Of a stretch of 64,000 nt of DNA, positions 1-11,247 are shown piece after piece. Source of the DNA: Octopus sinensis. Lineage: Eukaryota. Position numbers and translations under genes: made by a program. The first letter of the stretch is position 1. The number at the start of each line of letters is the position of its first letter. Where the stretch lies: contig NC_043010.1 in assembly GCF_006345805.1 (NCBI RefSeq), positions 1,798,001-1,862,000 of the forward strand. Reading direction: 5' to 3'. The notes beneath the pieces are model-generated. The model saw only the letters and a list, made by a program, of their open reading frames with translations, searched no databases and had not been told where the DNA came from.

Positions 1-66
1 ACTATAACATCGGGCTGACCATCGCTTTGTGAGTAGATTTGGTAGACGGAAACTGAAAGAAGCCTG

Positions 67-106
<40 letters not shown>

Positions 107-283
107 TTGTGTGTCTGTGTTTGTCCCCCACCATCGCTTGACAACCGATGTTGGTGTGTTTACGTCCCAGTAACTTAGCGGTTCGGCAAAGAGACCAATA
201 GAATAAGTATTAGATTTACAAAGAATAAGTTCTGGGGTCGATCTGTTCGACTAAAGGCCACAGTCAAATGACTGAAACAAATA
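1..283 (+). mobile_element. SINE family A (tRNA-derived, internal (TA)n), 3' part; 5' end lies outside the window
   Basis: Matches other copies: gtagatttggtagacggaaactgaaaga-(TA)n-gacaaccgatgttggtgtgtttacgtccc...cagtcaaatgactgaaacaa. Confidence 0.85.
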
Positions 284-449
284 GAATACGCATGCGTGTG
301 TGTGTGTGTTTATATATCTATGCACGTGCACACACTTAATATGTAGAATTGGAAAAGAAATAATGTAATTAGACTGATGAAGGAAACTTGTATTCTGTGT
401 ACTAAAAAGGTGAACTAAAAAATCTCAAGGGGCTGAAAAACTCCATCCA

Positions 450-597
450 GGCGTAGCTGTGCGCTAAGAAGCTTCCTTCCCAATCACACGGTTCCGAGTT
501 CAGTCCTACTGCGTGGCATCTTGGGTAAGTGTCTTCTGCTATAGACTCGAGCCGGCCAAAGTCTTGTGAGTGGATGTAGTCGGTGGAAACCGAAAAA
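450..597 (+). mobile_element. SINE family A, head-only fragment
   Basis: ggcgtagctgtgcgctaagaagc...gagttcagtcc head, then ttgggtaagtgtcttctgctatag body. Confidence 0.75.
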
Positions 598-1099
598 AGG
601 CAGTTATATATTAAAAAAAAAAATAGAACAAAAACGCAATAGAGGACAAAACATCCGGACAGGCAGACGATACAAAGGCGGACAGGAAAAACAACAAATA
701 GAGAGACAAGAAGAAAAAAAAAGACGGATCATTCGTGGCCTTTTCTCCTAAGTCTAGTTTCCAGATTGTCCTAACAGTTTCGGGCAATTACATTTGAGAC
801 TGGTGACAACCAGATTTGAACAGTCACCTGATTGACCCATCCGTCGGAATCATCTTAAAGTAAAACATAAACAAGTAAGATGGAAACAAAGAAGTCCTCA
901 CTACCGTCTAGAAATCCTACATAGTACTGGGCTATTTGTACATGAGGTATTCTACTCATTAAGTTTTATGCACAAAACGTGTAAGATGTTAAATTACTGA
1001 ACAATTTCACTCAGCAAAAGTTGAAATGAAATGCTCGAGGCACATCATATGAAAATGTTACTTTTTCCAAACAATATTCTTGCGATCGGCCTTGTCACA

Positions 1100-1365
1100 T
1101 CATCCTGTGATAAGCCTGGTCACATCATCAGTGAAGCTTCTTGCAGTATTTCGAGGTTTTCTTCATCAGATACCCTCACCGAGGCGGTCCAGCTGGACTT
1201 GATCAAGCTCTATGTGTCCAATTAGCAATTTCCCTGTTAGCACTGGCCCTTCCAAGGCTCGCATCTCCTGATACACAATCACCTTGAGGCAACCTCAGCT
1301 GCTTCCACAATCAACCAGATGGCTTTCTACCTTCCAGCCCTTGTGATGCCAAGCATGTTGGTATG
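1100..1365 (-). mobile_element. 3' end of a HERO/NeSL-like (restriction-like endonuclease) non-LTR retrotransposon
   Basis: Minus strand reads MLGITRAGR*KAIWLIVEAAEVASR*LCIRRCEPW, resembling the LGI...AI...EAAE.AS.WLW.KR..W C-terminus of this clade; a 3' UTR follows. Confidence 0.7.
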
Positions 1366-1384
1366 AAAATGATGGATCGTTTTA

Positions 1385-1521
1385 AATTTTGACACAAGGC
1401 CGGCAGTTTTAGGGCAGGGCTAAGTCGATTATATCTACCCCAGTTTTCAACTGGCACTTATTTCATCGACCCCCAAAACCTCGAAAGAATAAAAGGCAAA
1501 GTTGACCTTGGCGGAATTTGA
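1385..1521 (-). mobile_element. SINE family B2 fragment
   Basis: Shares core gtcgattatatc.acccc...ggcaaagttgaccttggcggaatttga with B copies; carries the cacaaggcc B2 tail. Confidence 0.75.
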
Positions 1522-1825
1522 GATATATATATATATATATATATAGAATACAGTAGCGGTCATGATATAAGGGTCAGTAAGTACACGTTTATTGAAATAG
1601 TCATTATAGAAGATTAACTAACAACGCGTTGAGACTAGATATTCTACACATTTAGATCTACGTTAATATCTGTCTTACGTGAAAACTTAAAGTGAACGGA
1701 ATAAATATTTCGTAAGCTATGAGGAAATAAACAAGCGATCTTCCAAATTTGCAGCGGCTAAAAGTTAAGGGTCTCTTAGAAAAAAGTGAACTGCTAACTG
1801 TTAATTCTTATGATCTTAGATTATT

Positions 1826-2041
1826 TATTTCTTTACTACCCACAAAGGGCTAAACAAGGACATAGAAAGGGATTAAATCGATTACATCGACCCCAGTGCG
1901 TAACTGGTACTTAATTTATCGACCCCGAAAGGATGAAAGGCAAAGTCGACCTCGGCGGAATTTGAACTCAGAACGTAACTGCAGACGAAATACGGCTACG
2001 CATTTCGCCCGGCGTGCTAACGTTTCTGCCAGCTCGCCGCC
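1826..2041 (-). mobile_element. SINE family B1 nested in the Tc1 between TIR and ATG
   Basis: Near-full copy flanked by 9-bp TSD tagattatt (1817-1825, 2042-2050); A box tggcagaaacgttag, B box gttcaaattcc. Confidence 0.92.
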
Positions 2042-2069
2042 TAGATTATTGGAACATTCAACCGTCAAC

Positions 2070-2962
2070 ATGGCAGCTTGTGAGAGACGATCGGTGTCCT
2101 GTGATGAAAAACAAAAGATTGTGTGTCTTCACCAAAAGGGCAAGACAAATTCTGTGATAGCAACTACTGTAGGAAGGTCTAGAAGTGTTGTGCAACGAAT
2201 TGTAGCTCGTTTTAAGTCTTCAGGATCGTCAGATGCTAAACCTAAAACCGGTGCTGAGATATCCCGCGAGTTAAGCTCCGCTTCGGATGTCAACGTATCG
2301 TGCAAAACAGTTTCCCGGAGGTTAAGTGGTTCTGGGTTGCTTGCTTGGGCATCGGCAAAGAAATCTCTGGATAGAAGAAGAGTGGTTGCAGATTCATTTT
2401 AGCATTGAATCGAAGTTTAATGTGATTGGCTCCGATGGCGGTATGTACGTCCGACGAAGAAGTGGTAAAAGGTCATCTCGAGCATATGTGAAGAAGACAG
2501 TGAAATATGAAGGACGCAGTGTAATGATATGGGAAGTGATCTTGGCTGCTGGTTCTGGACCACTTATTCGCCTGCGAGGGACCGTAAATGCTGAAATCTA
2601 CAAGCAGATTCTTAGACAGACTGCCCTTCCGCATTTCCGATCCTCGTCAGTTCAACCTCTTCGTGCAGGACAACGCTCCCTGTCACACTGCGAAGAGAGT
2701 CAAGGATTTTTTGAGTGAAGGGGTTAATCTCATGGACCGGCCACCTCAAAGTCCCGATGTCAACCCTATAGAAAACGTTTGGCAAATTATTGGAGACGAG
2801 GCGCGAAGGATAAAACCAAAGAACCAAGATGAACCCTGGGAATTATTGAAAAACGAATGGAACAATATTACTCCGTCATTTTGCAAGAAATTAATTTAGC
2901 CCTGTGGTAACAGATGTCAGGAGGTCATTGATAGTAATGGGGTGTTCACAAAATATTTATAG
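2070..2962 (+). pseudogene. Tc1 transposase pseudogene (HTH plus DDE domain; frameshifts, deletion and a premature stop)
   Basis: HTH KQKIVCLHQKGKTNSVIATTVGRSRSVVQRIV; FS(D>I)ESKFN; QDNAPCH; PPQSPDVNPIENVW (33 residues between D and E); after TAG at 2897 the frame continues PCGNRCQEVIDSNGVFTKYL*. Confidence 0.92.
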
Positions 2963-3270
2963 TAAGGGTTTCTTTTTTTTTTTTTTGTTCTTGTTCCATT
3001 TTCCATTGTTTTCTGAGAGAACCTTAACTTTTGTCCATTGCAGTTTGGAAGATTATTTGCTTATTTCCTCGTAACTTAGGAAATATTTATTCCACTCACT
3101 TGAAACTTTTACGAAAGATAGATATTAGATAGATCTAAATACGTGTAAAATATTTAGTCTCAATACCTTGTTTAATCTTCTATAATAAATATTTCAATAC
3201 ACTTGTTCTTACTGAACCTTATATTATGGCTGCTACTGTGTATGTGTGTGTATATATATATATATATATA

Positions 3271-3496
3271 TTTCTTTACTACCCACAAGGGGCTAAACAC
3301 AGAGGACAAACAAGGACAGACAAACGGATTAAGTCGATTACATCGACCCCAGTGAACTGGTACTTAATTTATCGACCCCGAAAGGATGAAAGGCAAAGTT
3401 GACCTCGGCGGAATTTGAACTCAGAACGTAGCGGCAGACAAAATACCGCTAAGCATTTCACCCGGCATGCTAACGTTTCTGCCAGCTCGCCGCCTT
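3271..3496 (-). mobile_element. SINE family B1, full length
   Basis: tttctttactacccacaagggg...ctgccagctcgccgcctt, same as other B1 copies. Confidence 0.9.
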
Positions 3497-3859
3497 ATAT
3501 ATATATATATGTATGTACGTATGTGTGTGTCCGCGCGCGTGTGTAAATGTTTCCCTCTAGCCCCACAATGTTTGTGTTTATATGTTTGATAAATAAAATT
3601 TCTGTCCAAAGAGTAACTTATTTATACGATATAGGCTGATCTAGTTGGCCCTTACGCTGGCATTTCCTCGATTATCACACAGAGTAAATTAGTTGATATC
3701 AACATGTGACCGGCCAATCGCACGTTTTCGACCATCTGCTGCTTGTCCTACAACCAAACGCATGTTCTCGTTCATCTACTTTCTATGGAACATAGTCTGC
3801 TTTCCTCATTCATTTCATCCTATCCGACTCACCGAGAGGACTTTGAGGAAAGTTTAAAG

Positions 3860-4008
3860 CAGCGTGGGCAAACTGCGTCCCGCGGGACTTTTTTGAACGT
3901 CACGCTTAACTAAAAATTACTTTCAATCTTTTTTATTAACAGTGCGGTCCGCCTGATATTAACCATGTCTAATGCGACCTGCTTCTCGAAAAAGGGTTAC
4001 CCATGCCT
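3860..4008. mobile_element. Possible hAT-type MITE remnant
   Basis: cagcgtgggcaaactgcgtcccgcggg ... aaaaagggttacccatgcct with tgcggNccgc-like subterminal motifs; no TSD seen. Confidence 0.4.
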
Positions 4009-4030
4009 AAGATCAGTTAAAATTGTATAT

Positions 4031-4236
4031 CTTTTACTTGCTTCAGTCATTTGACTGCGGCCATGCTGGAGCGCCGCATTGAAGAATTTTAGTCGAACAA
4101 ATCGACCCCAGGACTTATTTTTAAGCCTAGTACTTATTCCATCGATTCTTTTGATGAATCTCTAGTTCACTGGGACGTAAACACACCAACTATAGTTGTC
4201 AAGAGGTGGGGTGGGGGAACAAACAGACACACACAC

Positions 4237-4292
<56 letters not shown>

Positions 4293-4445
4293 GACATGTT
4301 TCTTTCGGTTTCCGTCTACCAAATCCACTCACTTTAATCGGCCCGAAACTATAGTAGAAGAAACTTTCCCAAGGTGCCACGCAGTGGGACTGAACTTGAA
4401 ACCATGTGGTTGGGAAGCAAACTGTTTACCACACAGCCACGCCTG
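4031..4445 (-). mobile_element. SINE family A, full length
   Basis: All family A modules present, with internal (CA)n/(TA)n. Confidence 0.88.
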
Positions 4446-5454
4446 GATGGAATTTTTCAGCTTCTAGAGATTTGCCCAAGGTGCTGATTGGCGGAATAAA
4501 AGCCGAAATCCACCAATTGGTTGCAAGGCGAACTTCTCTACGAAGCCATGCTGAAACCTACTGGGCATTCAACCATTATTATCAGCTTCCTGGCAATGTT
4601 TTACTATTAATCGTCACGTTCTAAAAGGCCTGGAAGTCTGAATAAAGTTTTCCAGGCCCTAGATATTGAAAGCTAAACAGACAAGCTAACTGGAATCTAG
4701 TTTGAGAGATAGAACTGAACTTTTGTAGGTCTCAAGGGGCCTTAAAGCTAATTAAACAGGTAACTCTTCTTCTGTAGCGCCATCAATCACACAAACGTAA
4801 GATTCCCCCTTGTACTGTCTGCCAAAAAGTTTTCTCTTTACTTCTAATGGCTTATATATTATTTAGCAGTTATCAGCAGGTGTTAGAGAGTGTGTGACTA
4901 TGCATATAATTCCATACGCACACTTTAGTCTCTCTGTAACGGTGTGTGTGTGAAATGCATGTGTACACAATAAATATCTGGTATATGTACATGCGTTATA
5001 AAATATGAGTAATGTATGTATGTGACTGATATAAAGACAACGAGAGACGTGTAGACACATTTGTTCAAGTGCTACTGATGTATGCTATATATATAAACAG
5101 GCACATAGCAAAACGGGAAGCTGGAAAATTTTTTGGCATTCCTCATTACACATGTTCCATTTACTAATAGGAATTAATAGAGTTTTACATGTTAGATTGA
5201 CATGTAAGGTATTGCCCATTAGAAATTCAGACAGAATTAAATAATACAAATTTTACATTTGGATGAAGCGTTTATGTTTATTTAGCAATCAGGTGTTGTA
5301 TAGATAGTTGGTGTGAAGGAAGAAAGAGTAAATCAAATAATACAGAAAGTTATACAGCCACATACACACTCACACACGTGTGTCTGAATAGGGATGGCTT
5401 TTCTGAAAAGTTTGACCCTTTAATAATTTAGTTGTTTATAAGTTATTAGGTGTA

Positions 5455-5805
5455 AGATATGGCTGTGTGGTTAAGAATCCCGCTTTGCAACCACGGGCTT
5501 TTGTAATTCAATCTCATTGCGCGGCATACTGGGCCAGTGTCTTTTACTATTGTCTCGGGCCGATCAATGCCTTTGAGTGAAATCGTTAGACTGAAATTTC
5601 GGAAACCTGTGTCTGTATCTTTGTGTTCGTCTTTGTCAACCCCAGACCACTTGACAACCAATCCTGGTTTGTTTACGTCCCCATAATGACGCGGTTCAGG
5701 AAAGAGACGGTAAAGTGCCAGACTAAAAAAAAATTTAAAGACTGAGTCCGATTTGTTCGACAAAAGTCTTTTAAGGTGTTGACCCTGAATGTCCACAGTC
5801 CAATG
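5455..5805 (+). mobile_element. SINE family A, diverged
   Basis: Degenerate head ggctgtgtggttaagaatc and tail ccacagtccaatg. Confidence 0.65.
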
Positions 5806-6260
5806 TAAAAGATAAATGCTAAATATATGTGAAGCATGAGGCCGCGTGAATTAAATCTATCTATTAGACGTGTAAGACAGGCAGAGGTTCGCTCTCTTCA
5901 ATTCAGTTTTCGTGTCTATCCTCACCGTTGGGTCATCAATGTTGGGCAATGACCGAAAGAGTACGATGGTGAATTCAAACAAGCAGGCAAAATGCAGTTC
6001 GCTCAAGTAGTTTCAGGAGTAATCACACTTGACAGGGCGCGTGGCACGGAGATGTGGGGGGGGGTCTCTCCAGGTCGAATCGCTACTTCGCATTGGGAGA
6101 TACTACGGATATGTAATCAGAATGCCGTAGTAAGCAATCACAAAAAGGATTCTTCTAGCCGAAACAAACGGCAAGAGATTTAATTTTAGTGAATAAACTG
6201 ATAATATGGATATTATCCAGCCAACACGTTCTTAGAATATCCTTAATATTTGTTTGTTTC

Positions 6261-6847
6261 AAGGCGGCGGCGAGCTGGCAGAAACGTTAGCACGCCGGGC
6301 GAAATGCGTAGCCGTATTTCGTTTGCCGTTACGTTCTGAGTTCAAATTCCGCTGAGGTCGACTTTGCCTTTCATCCTTTCGGGGTCGATTAAATAAGTAC
6401 CAGTTATGCACTGAGATCGATGTAATCAACTTAATCCGTTTGTCTGTCGTTGTTTGTCCCCTCTGTGTTTAGCTCCTTGTGGGTAGTAAAGAAATAGGTA
6501 TTTCGTCTGCCGTTACGTTCTGAGTTCAAATTCCGCCGAGGTCGACTTTGCCTTTCATCCTTTCGGGGTCGATAAATTAAGTACCTGTTACGCACTGGGG
6601 TCGATGTAATCGACTTAATCCCTCTATGTTTAGCCACTTGTGGGGAATAAAGAAATGAGAAACGTCAGCACGCTGGGCGAAATGCTTAGCGGTATTTCGT
6701 CTGTCTTATGTTCTGAATTCAAATTCCGCCGAGGGTCAATTTTGCCATTGGGGAGGTCGGTAAATTAAGTTCCACTTGCGTACTGGGGTCGATCTAATCG
6801 ACTAGCTCCTCCCCCAATATTGCGGGCTTTGTGCCTAGAGTAGAAAA
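6261..6847 (+). mobile_element. Composite SINE B array: B1 full + B1 5'-truncated + B2 5'-truncated
   Basis: Units start at ~6261, ~6497 and ~6659; flanking direct repeat aatatttgtttgtttcaagg at 6245-6264 and 6848-6867. Confidence 0.85.
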
Positions 6848-8588
6848 AATATTTGTTTGTTTCAAGGTTTCATGTTTGGAGAAATTTCCGGTGCTTTACG
6901 TTCCGAGTTCAAATCGCACCGAGGATTTGAGCCCAGAACTTTGCCTTTCATTCCGTCGAGCTTGATAAAAAATAAAATACTTTGATAAAATAAATACTGA
7001 GGTCAATGTAATTGACTTGTCTCGCTCCTTTCAAAATTGCTGACCTTTAACACTGCAACGTTAGTCTGTCCTTGTTTGACCCTTCTGTGTGCAGCCTCTT
7101 GTGGGGAGTAAAGAAATAGGAAACTAGGTAACCAGCCCTATGAGTCAGAGGAGTCGAGAAAAAATAGCTAGAATCACGTTATTCAGTGTCCGTCCCCAGT
7201 TTTTAAAACAATGAGTTGTGATTCGAGGAACCTTTGATTACTATTTCTAGCAGTCGACCGTGTCTAAATTCCTTCGTTAGTTCCACTCTTTAATGTACTG
7301 AAGTAGATTCAATCAATTCTATCCCCTACCACTCCTGCATATATCTGGTCAGTGTTAATGTGTGATAGCAATATATTCCTATTATCTCCAACCTAATCGT
7401 TACCTCCGCCGCTTACCAACCCCTCCACCCACATGTTCCCAGTGCTAGATTGTGATTATTCAATCAATCTATGCATAAGCCATTCAATTCACTCACTCAT
7501 TCTTTCATTCATACAGTTAACATTTAAGTGCTGCTGATATAATTGAAACTAGTTGTGACAGCCTGCAGTGTGAGATTTTCTGTCGATCTACGAGAGCAGG
7601 CTTTCTTAACCGGGGATATTGAGTCAGAAGTTGGGGTTATAAAACGCTAAGGTTGATGAATTTGGACATCAAACCTTGGTTGGGGTACGGCGTCAAAACG
7701 TCGGTGGGGTATGGTGGCCAAACGTCACTGGTGTACGGGGAACAAACATTGATAATCTACAGGAGCTGAATGTCGGCAGGTATGGGATTTTTTTTTTTTT
7801 TACCATTGAATAAATTGAACGAAATGCTTAAGATTTCAAATTCCCGCTCTGTTTCTGGTTACCACATGTAAAGTAAAGCCAGTCTTTTGGCGCCTTTTCA
7901 AGTTCTACTAACGCTTAATAGGGTTACTGAGATGGCTTTGATAGTAGTGGTGACGATGAGGATCTCGACACTCTGACGAAGCAATAGATATTGGGTATTG
8001 TTCACTATGCTGGGTGGGCGTCTTTAACCGTAGAAATATTCAGAACTTCTGTACAAAAGAAATACTTAAATTCAGTATTGAAATTTAATGAAGATATCGA
8101 TACATAAATACACGTTCAACTAGAAATAGCAACCCAGTCTCCCCTAAACCACTGTCTTAAGGAGCAAAAGGAAAGGACACATGGAATTCTGTAGTCTTAT
8201 GTATATTCATTAGTTAAACTTAAAAAATGCTGGATTGCTTTAGATTAAAAACAAAAGGGAAAATAAGAAAGCTTCTGGCAATGCACAAAGCTTTACAGAA
8301 CCCTTCGTTTCGGGCGTAAAGGCCCGTCCTCAGAAGGAAATGTTCTGGGAAATGTTTAGGACCTTAGAAAGTTTTTTTTTGTTAATTCACGATGGCATTG
8401 GGAGTCAACGACACCAATAATGATTTCTGATAGCGACGCAACGCAAGCAAATTCGAAAGGAGCAATCGATAGCAATGACCTTATATAAGCTCGAAATGTT
8501 AGACGATTCTATTTTTCCTGAGCGTCAAACTTATACACTTTGTGGTTCCTTCTCTTCTCTCTGTTTTTTTTTAATTTTTGCACTACAT

Positions 8589-8653
8589 ATGGCGTAGTGG
8601 TTAAGAGCGCAGGCTACTAACCCCAAGATTCCAAGTTCGATTCCAGGCAGTGA

Positions 8654-8697
<44 letters not shown>

Positions 8698-8870
8698 TCG
8701 AAAAATACCTTAGGAATGAGAACTCAGGTTCGAAATTTTCCTAATACACCTGATGAAGGCTGGAAGGTATATCAGCCGAAACGTTGTGTTAACAACAAAC
8801 AAGATGAGGACAAATATCCGTCAATTGTAAATAATGTACATAATTCCTCATCTCTTAAATAGAGAACTGT
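8589..8870 (+). mobile_element. Chimeric short element: tRNA-derived head + (AAT)n + Penelope-type terminal segment
   Basis: A box tggcgtagtgg, B box gttcgattcc; (AAT)n 8658-8694; hammerhead core downstream. Confidence 0.7.
8746..8789 (+). ncRNA. Minimal type I hammerhead ribozyme motif
   Basis: ACAC-CUGAUGA-A-GGCUG(10-nt loop)CAGCC-GAAAC-GUU-GUGU; stem III region is the palindrome AACGUU. Confidence 0.7.
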
Positions 8871-8879
8871 AATATCTTT

Positions 8880-9225
8880 TATTTGTTAATTGTTTCAGTC
8901 ATAAGAATGCGGCCATACTGGGGTACCGCCTTGAAGAATTTTTAATCGAATGAATCAACTACAGTACATTTTTTTCCTTTTAAACCTGGCACTTATTCTA
9001 TCGGTCTCTTTCACCAAAACGTTAAATTATAGGGCGTAAACACACTAACAGCGGTTGTTCAGCTGTCGTGGGACACACACCAGTTTCTGTCTACCAAATC
9101 CTCTCACAAGGCTTTGGTCAGCCCGAGGCTTAAGTAGAAGACACTCGCCCAAGGTGCCACACAGAAGGACTGAACCGGGAACCATATGGCTAAGAATCAC
9201 GCTTCTTAACACACAGTCACGCATA
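8880..9225 (-). mobile_element. SINE family A
   Basis: gtttcagtcat...ccaaggtgccacacagaaggactgaacccgg modules. Confidence 0.8.
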
Positions 9226-10086
9226 TGTATATGTGTATATATATATATATATAAACACACACAGTTATAGCGTGACGCTATTAGTAAGCACGTAAAAACA
9301 TGTATTTATTAAATAAAATTTATCTCTCACCAGATGGAATATATATATAGTACTCGAATACCAAAGGTAGAGTAATATTCTCTTTATTAAAGTTGCAAAA
9401 TTATAACACAACTGTTACTCAGTTTCATGCACCCGTCTGTGATAATTTTGCAGCTCTAATAAAATGTGTGTGTGTATATATGTATGTGTGTTTGTGTATG
9501 TATATATAATGTAATGTGTCAGGTCGTTCTGGGACGCTACTGAGTAACATGTAACTCAATACAACTTACTGTATCGTGGGGTCGTCGGCGACTAAACTGG
9601 CAACCCCATCAAGCTTGCTTGGCGAGGAGGGTGATTATTGGACACCTTGCAGGACGAAAAATAAGACCTGTGAAAGGGCTTAAGAGCTCATAAGCAGTCA
9701 ACGGCCATCCAACAATGTGTACATGTGGATGTATGCGTGGGGACTTGGAAATACCTGGGTCGTTGTCCAGGCGCGCGGTTGGCCCACTGGGTGTGAGAGG
9801 CGCCCCTTTTATCGTCACATCTCTCTAGGAGAGAGAAACTCTGAGCGAAAAACCTGCGACACAGACAATATTCGATGATGTAGACCAGTTCTTCTTTTCG
9901 AGTTTGTTGTTCTTGTTAAGAGTGTAGGATTGGATTTGTGCAAATCGTTTACCCACTATAAAAAAAATCATCATACACTGGCATCGCTTGAAAAAGAAAA
10001 ATTTAAAACTATCACAAAAATGGCTGGTCCTTCGCATGTGTGGGACCTTCGATCAGTTGATGGCAACCCTCGAACACGAGTTTGCC

Positions 10087-10176
<90 letters not shown>

Positions 10177-10178
10177 TA

Positions 10179-10504
10179 GGAGCACTCCGTCGGTTGCGAC
10201 GACGAGGGTCCCAACTGATACGATCAACGGAACAGCCTGCTCGTGAAATTAATGTACAAGTGGCTGAGCACTCCACAGACACGTATACCCTTAACGTAGT
10301 TCTCGGGGAGATTCAGCGTGACACCGTGTGTGACAAAGCCGGCCCTTTGAAACGCAGTTACTTCTCATTTTTGCCAGCTGAGCGTACTGGAGCAACGTGA
10401 AATAAAGTGTCTTGCTCAAGGACACAACGCACCGCCGGGAATCGAACTCTCGACCTTACGATCGCGAGCCGAATGCTCCTAACCACTAAGCTACGCGCCT
10501 TCAC
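10179..10504 (-). mobile_element. SINE family D1 (tRNA-derived), full length, followed by (TCTA)n/(TA)n
   Basis: Minus strand gaaggcgcgtagcttagtggttag...gagttcgattcccggcgg head; ccttgagcaagacac body; CpG-rich. Confidence 0.85.
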
Positions 10505-10817
10505 GTGTGTGTGTGTACCTTTGAATGCAGTGTATGCCAGAAGGTTTGCGAATCTAATTGAGGCTTCAAAAGACATTTTAAGATCCACAAAGATAAGAAC
10601 TTATCTGCAGCTCTTGGTGGTCCAAATCGAATTGTCTTTTCAGAACATTGTTGGTTTAAAAAGACACATCAGATGCCATGAGGGTTCTAAGGTGTAGGTA
10701 CAGGAGGTGGTCAAACTCTGCATAAGGAGTAGACAACCACCATATTAAAACAAAAACTTTGCATTTTCGTATAGATCGTATTGGAAGGTGTTGGGATTTT
10801 TTTGTAGAATATCCAGT

Positions 10818-11247
10818 GGATCTTTTCGGTTTGAACGGCAGTTTTTTCTAGCGGTGTCATATGAAATTGTCACCCATAATTATAACCCTAGTATCGATCT
10901 ATTGCATTTCAATCTGTTTTAGGGTTAGGGTTAGTTAGGGGTGGGTTGGGGGGAAGGGTATCTTTTTTTTTTCTTCACAAATGTAAATAAACCCAATCTG
11001 TTTCTTAAACGAGGGACATATTCATACGACACAGAATGTTTTTTTTTACCTCAATAGACGTCATTGATTGGTTGAAATTGCAGAAATTGAAGAAAATGAA
11101 ACAACAAATATCTTACAAACTATAGAATTTTTCAAAGCCAAGAGAAAAAGATGTTTTATAAACACATTCTACCAGTATACGAAGTTTAAAAGTGTTTAGT
11201 TACGTGGAAATTATTTTTTAAAACTGCCGTTCAAACCGAAAAGATCC
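10818..11247. mobile_element. MITE with 28-bp perfect TIR and 7-8-bp TSD (superfamily uncertain; GG ends suggest Merlin-like)
   Basis: ggatcttttcggtttgaacggcagtttt ... aaaactgccgttcaaaccgaaaagatcc; flanks (t)atccagt and (c)atccagt. Confidence 0.85.

Larger units (their letters stand above)
1551..3238 (+). mobile_element. Tc1-family DNA transposon with ~240-bp TIRs, defective
   Basis: Left end TA|cagtagcggtcatgatataagggtcagtaag is the reverse complement of right end cttactgaaccttatattatggctgctactg; TIRs ~1551-1790 and ~3001-3238, visibly diverged; internal transposase remnant. Confidence 0.92.

Noticed and set aside
5920-6130. Cluster of 5-7-bp hairpins as a structured ncRNA
   Set aside because: Stems this short are expected by chance; no family motif.
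8465-8505. Further hammerhead remnants (also 9405-9445 minus, 700-760 minus, ~33080-33110)
   Set aside because: Only a GAAA-side half or scattered core bases survive; too degenerate to call.
8589-8657. tRNA-like heads as true tRNA genes (also heads of families A, B, D, E)
   Set aside because: A and B boxes are present but acceptor stems are incomplete, and each head runs into a repeat body.
10918-10935. TTAGGG as an interstitial telomere
   Set aside because: Only about two units, and they lie inside a MITE.
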